From Eledone cirrhosa (Eukaryota), in contig OZ024743.1 in the NCBI GenBank assembly GCA_964016885.1, positions 95,976,001 through 96,040,000 on the forward strand: a DNA stretch of 64,000 nt. Direction: 5' to 3'. The position numbers were made by a program, and so were the translations under genes. Below, piece by piece: positions 62,480-64,000 of this stretch (position 1 is the stretch's first letter; each line of letters opens with the position of its first letter). The notes beneath the pieces are model-generated. The model made no database searches, was not told where the DNA came from, and saw only the letters and a list, made by a program, of their open reading frames with translations.

Positions 62480-64000
62480 GAGAAGGAAGGTATAGAAAGG
62501 CGTAGGAAGAGATAGAGAAGCAAGGAAGGGAAAGGCATAGGAAAAGATAGAGAAGGAAGGAATAGAAAGGTGTAGGAAGAGATAGAGAAGGAAGGAATGG
62601 AAAGGTGTAGGAAGAGATAGAGAAGGAAGGAATAGAAATGTGTAGGAAGAGATAGAGAAGGAAGGAATAGAAAGGTGTAGGAAGAGATAGAGAAGGAAGG
62701 TATAGAAAGGCGTAGGAAGAGATAGAGAAGCAAGGAAGGGAAAGGCATAGGAAGAGATAGAGAAGGAAGGAATAGAAATGCGTAGGAAGAGATAGAGAAG
62801 GAAGGAATAGAAAGGCGTAGGAAGAGATAGAGAAGGAAGAAATAGAAAGGTGTAGGAAGAGATAGAGAAGGAGGAATAGAAAGGCGTAGGAAGAGATAGA
62901 CAAGGAAGGAATAGAAAGGCGTAGGAAGAGATAGAGAAGGAAGGAATGGAAAGGCGTAGGAAGAGATAGAGAAGGAAGGAATAGAAAGGCGTAGGAAGAG
63001 ATAGAGAAGGAAGGAATGGAAAGGTGTAGGAAGAGATAGAGAAGGAAGGAATGGAAAGGTGTAGGAAGAGATAGAGAAGGAAGTAATGGAAAGGCGTAGG
63101 GGGAGATAGAGAAGGAAGGAATAGAAAGGCGTAGGAAGAGATAGAGAAGGAAGGAATGGAAAGGCGTAGGAAGAGATAGAGAAGGAAGGAATGGAAAGGC
63201 ATAGGAAGAGATAGAGAAGGAAGGAATAGAAAGGTGTAGGAAGAGATAGAGAAGGAAGGAATAGAAAGGCGTAGGAAGAGATAGAGGAGGAAGGAATGGA
63301 AAGGCGTAGGAAGAGATAGAGAAGGAAGGAATGGAAAGGTGTAGGAAGAGATAGAGAAGGAAGTAATGGAAAGGCGTAGGAAGAGATAGAGAAGGAAGGA
63401 ATGGAAAGGTGTAGGAAGAGATAGAGAAGGAAGGAATGGAAAGGCGTAGGAAGAGATAGAGAAGGAGGAATAGAAAGGCGTAGGAAGAGATAGAGAAGGA
63501 AGGAATGGAAAGGTGTAGGAAGAGTTAGAGAAGGAAGGAATGGAAAGGCGTAGGAAGAGATAGAGAAGGAAGGAATGGAAAGGCGTAGGAAAAGATAGAG
63601 AAGGAGGAATAGAAAGGCGTAGGAAGAGATAGAGAAGGAAGGAATAGAAAGGCGTAGGAAGAGATAGAGAAGGAAGGAATAGAACAGTGTAGGAAGAGAT
63701 AGAGAAGGAAGGAATAGGAAAACGTAGGAAGAGATATAGAAGGAATGAATGGAAAGGCATAGGAAGAGATAGAGAAGGAAGATATAGAAAGGCGTAGGAA
63801 GAGATAGAGAAGCAAGGAATGGAAAGGCGTAGGAAGAGATAGAGAAGGAAGGAATGGAAAGGCATAGGAAGAGATAGAGAAGGAAGGAATGGAAAGGCTT
63901 AGGAAGAGATAGAGAAGGAAGGAATAGAAAGGTGTAGGAAGAGATAGAGAAGGAGGAATAGAAAGGCGTAGGAAGAGATAGTGAAGGAAGGAATGGAAAG
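62480..64000. repeat. Partial eighth copy of the domain-C unit
   Basis: GATAGACAA ends at 62903, TAGGGGGAG is at about 63097 and GGAAGATATAG at about 63777. ORF 63525..63815 is identical to 51826..52116. Confidence 0.88.

Larger units (their letters stand above)
1..64000. repeat. 35-bp purine/pyrimidine-asymmetric tandem satellite array (about 1,830 monomers), running past both window edges
   Basis: The consensus AGGAAGAGATAGAGAAGGAAGGAATRGAAAGGYGT repeats head-to-tail with no spacers from base 1 to 64000. There are common 34-bp (AAGGAGGAAT) and local 36-bp (GAGAATAG) length variants. No reverse-complement copy was seen. Confidence 0.99.

Noticed and set aside
454-63865. Dozens of long minus-strand ORFs (up to 2180 aa) encoding F/L/S/P/Y-rich repeats
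   Set aside because: The pyrimidine strand consensus has no stop in any frame. Because 35 is not a multiple of 3, all three frames give the same 35-aa cycle and overlap. Frequent 34- and 36-bp monomers shift frame freely, and starts and stops come only from recurrent variants (CAT/CAA, TTA/CTA). There is no sign of coding constraint.
1-64000. Plus-strand protein under a TAG-reassigned genetic code (consensus stops are all TAG)
   Set aside because: Readthrough would give R/K/E/G-rich repeats, but the non-triplet period, the many 1-bp indels and recurrent TAA/TGA variants show no frame maintenance.
1-64000. CRISPR array (35 bp is repeat-sized)
   Set aside because: Monomers are directly adjacent with no unique spacers, no dyad symmetry, no leader and no cas genes.
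1-64000. Telomeric repeat or human satellite 2/3
   Set aside because: TTAGG occurs only in the GGCTTAGG variant and never in tandem. GGAAT occurs once per monomer rather than as (GGAAT)n.
1-64000. G-quadruplex array
   Set aside because: The consensus has only GG doublets. Runs of three or more G are rare, isolated variants, so at most weak two-tier structures are possible.
1-64000. Embedded transposon, inversion or unique island
   Set aside because: Reading through, the purine strand never switches and no stretch departs from the monomer by more than a few bases. The oddest spot, TAGTAAGAGATAGATCAGG at about 24251, is still a mutated monomer.
1-64000. Purely artefactual low-complexity or synthetic sequence
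   Set aside because: Hierarchically shared private variants, a CpG-biased mutation spectrum and lineage domains fit real evolution, although individual duplications could still be assembly errors.

Overview
The whole 64-kb window is one uninterrupted, single-orientation tandem satellite array of about 1,830 monomers. The 35-bp consensus is AGGAAGAGATAGAGAAGGAAGGAAT(A/G)GAAAGG(C/T)GT, with 31 of 35 bases purines on the + strand. I see no unique DNA, inversion, transposon, RNA gene or credible protein-coding gene. The minus-strand ORFs are artefacts of a stop-free pyrimidine strand. The information lies in the order of variant monomers. Rare variants show nested repeat periods of 70/420 bp, 138 bp, 279 bp, 1708 bp, 1852 bp, 2095/2830 bp, about 3.4 kb and about 3 kb (seven copies plus a partial one). 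They also show a conserved monomer order shared across the array, an older diverged layer near 20-21.6 kb, and one lineage shared by both ends of the window. Each monomer contains a perfect purine mirror repeat and one highly mutated CpG. It looks like eukaryotic heterochromatic or intronic satellite DNA. I cannot assign the organism or a named family from sequence alone, and any function proposed here is hypothesis. All coordinates and periods were read by eye.
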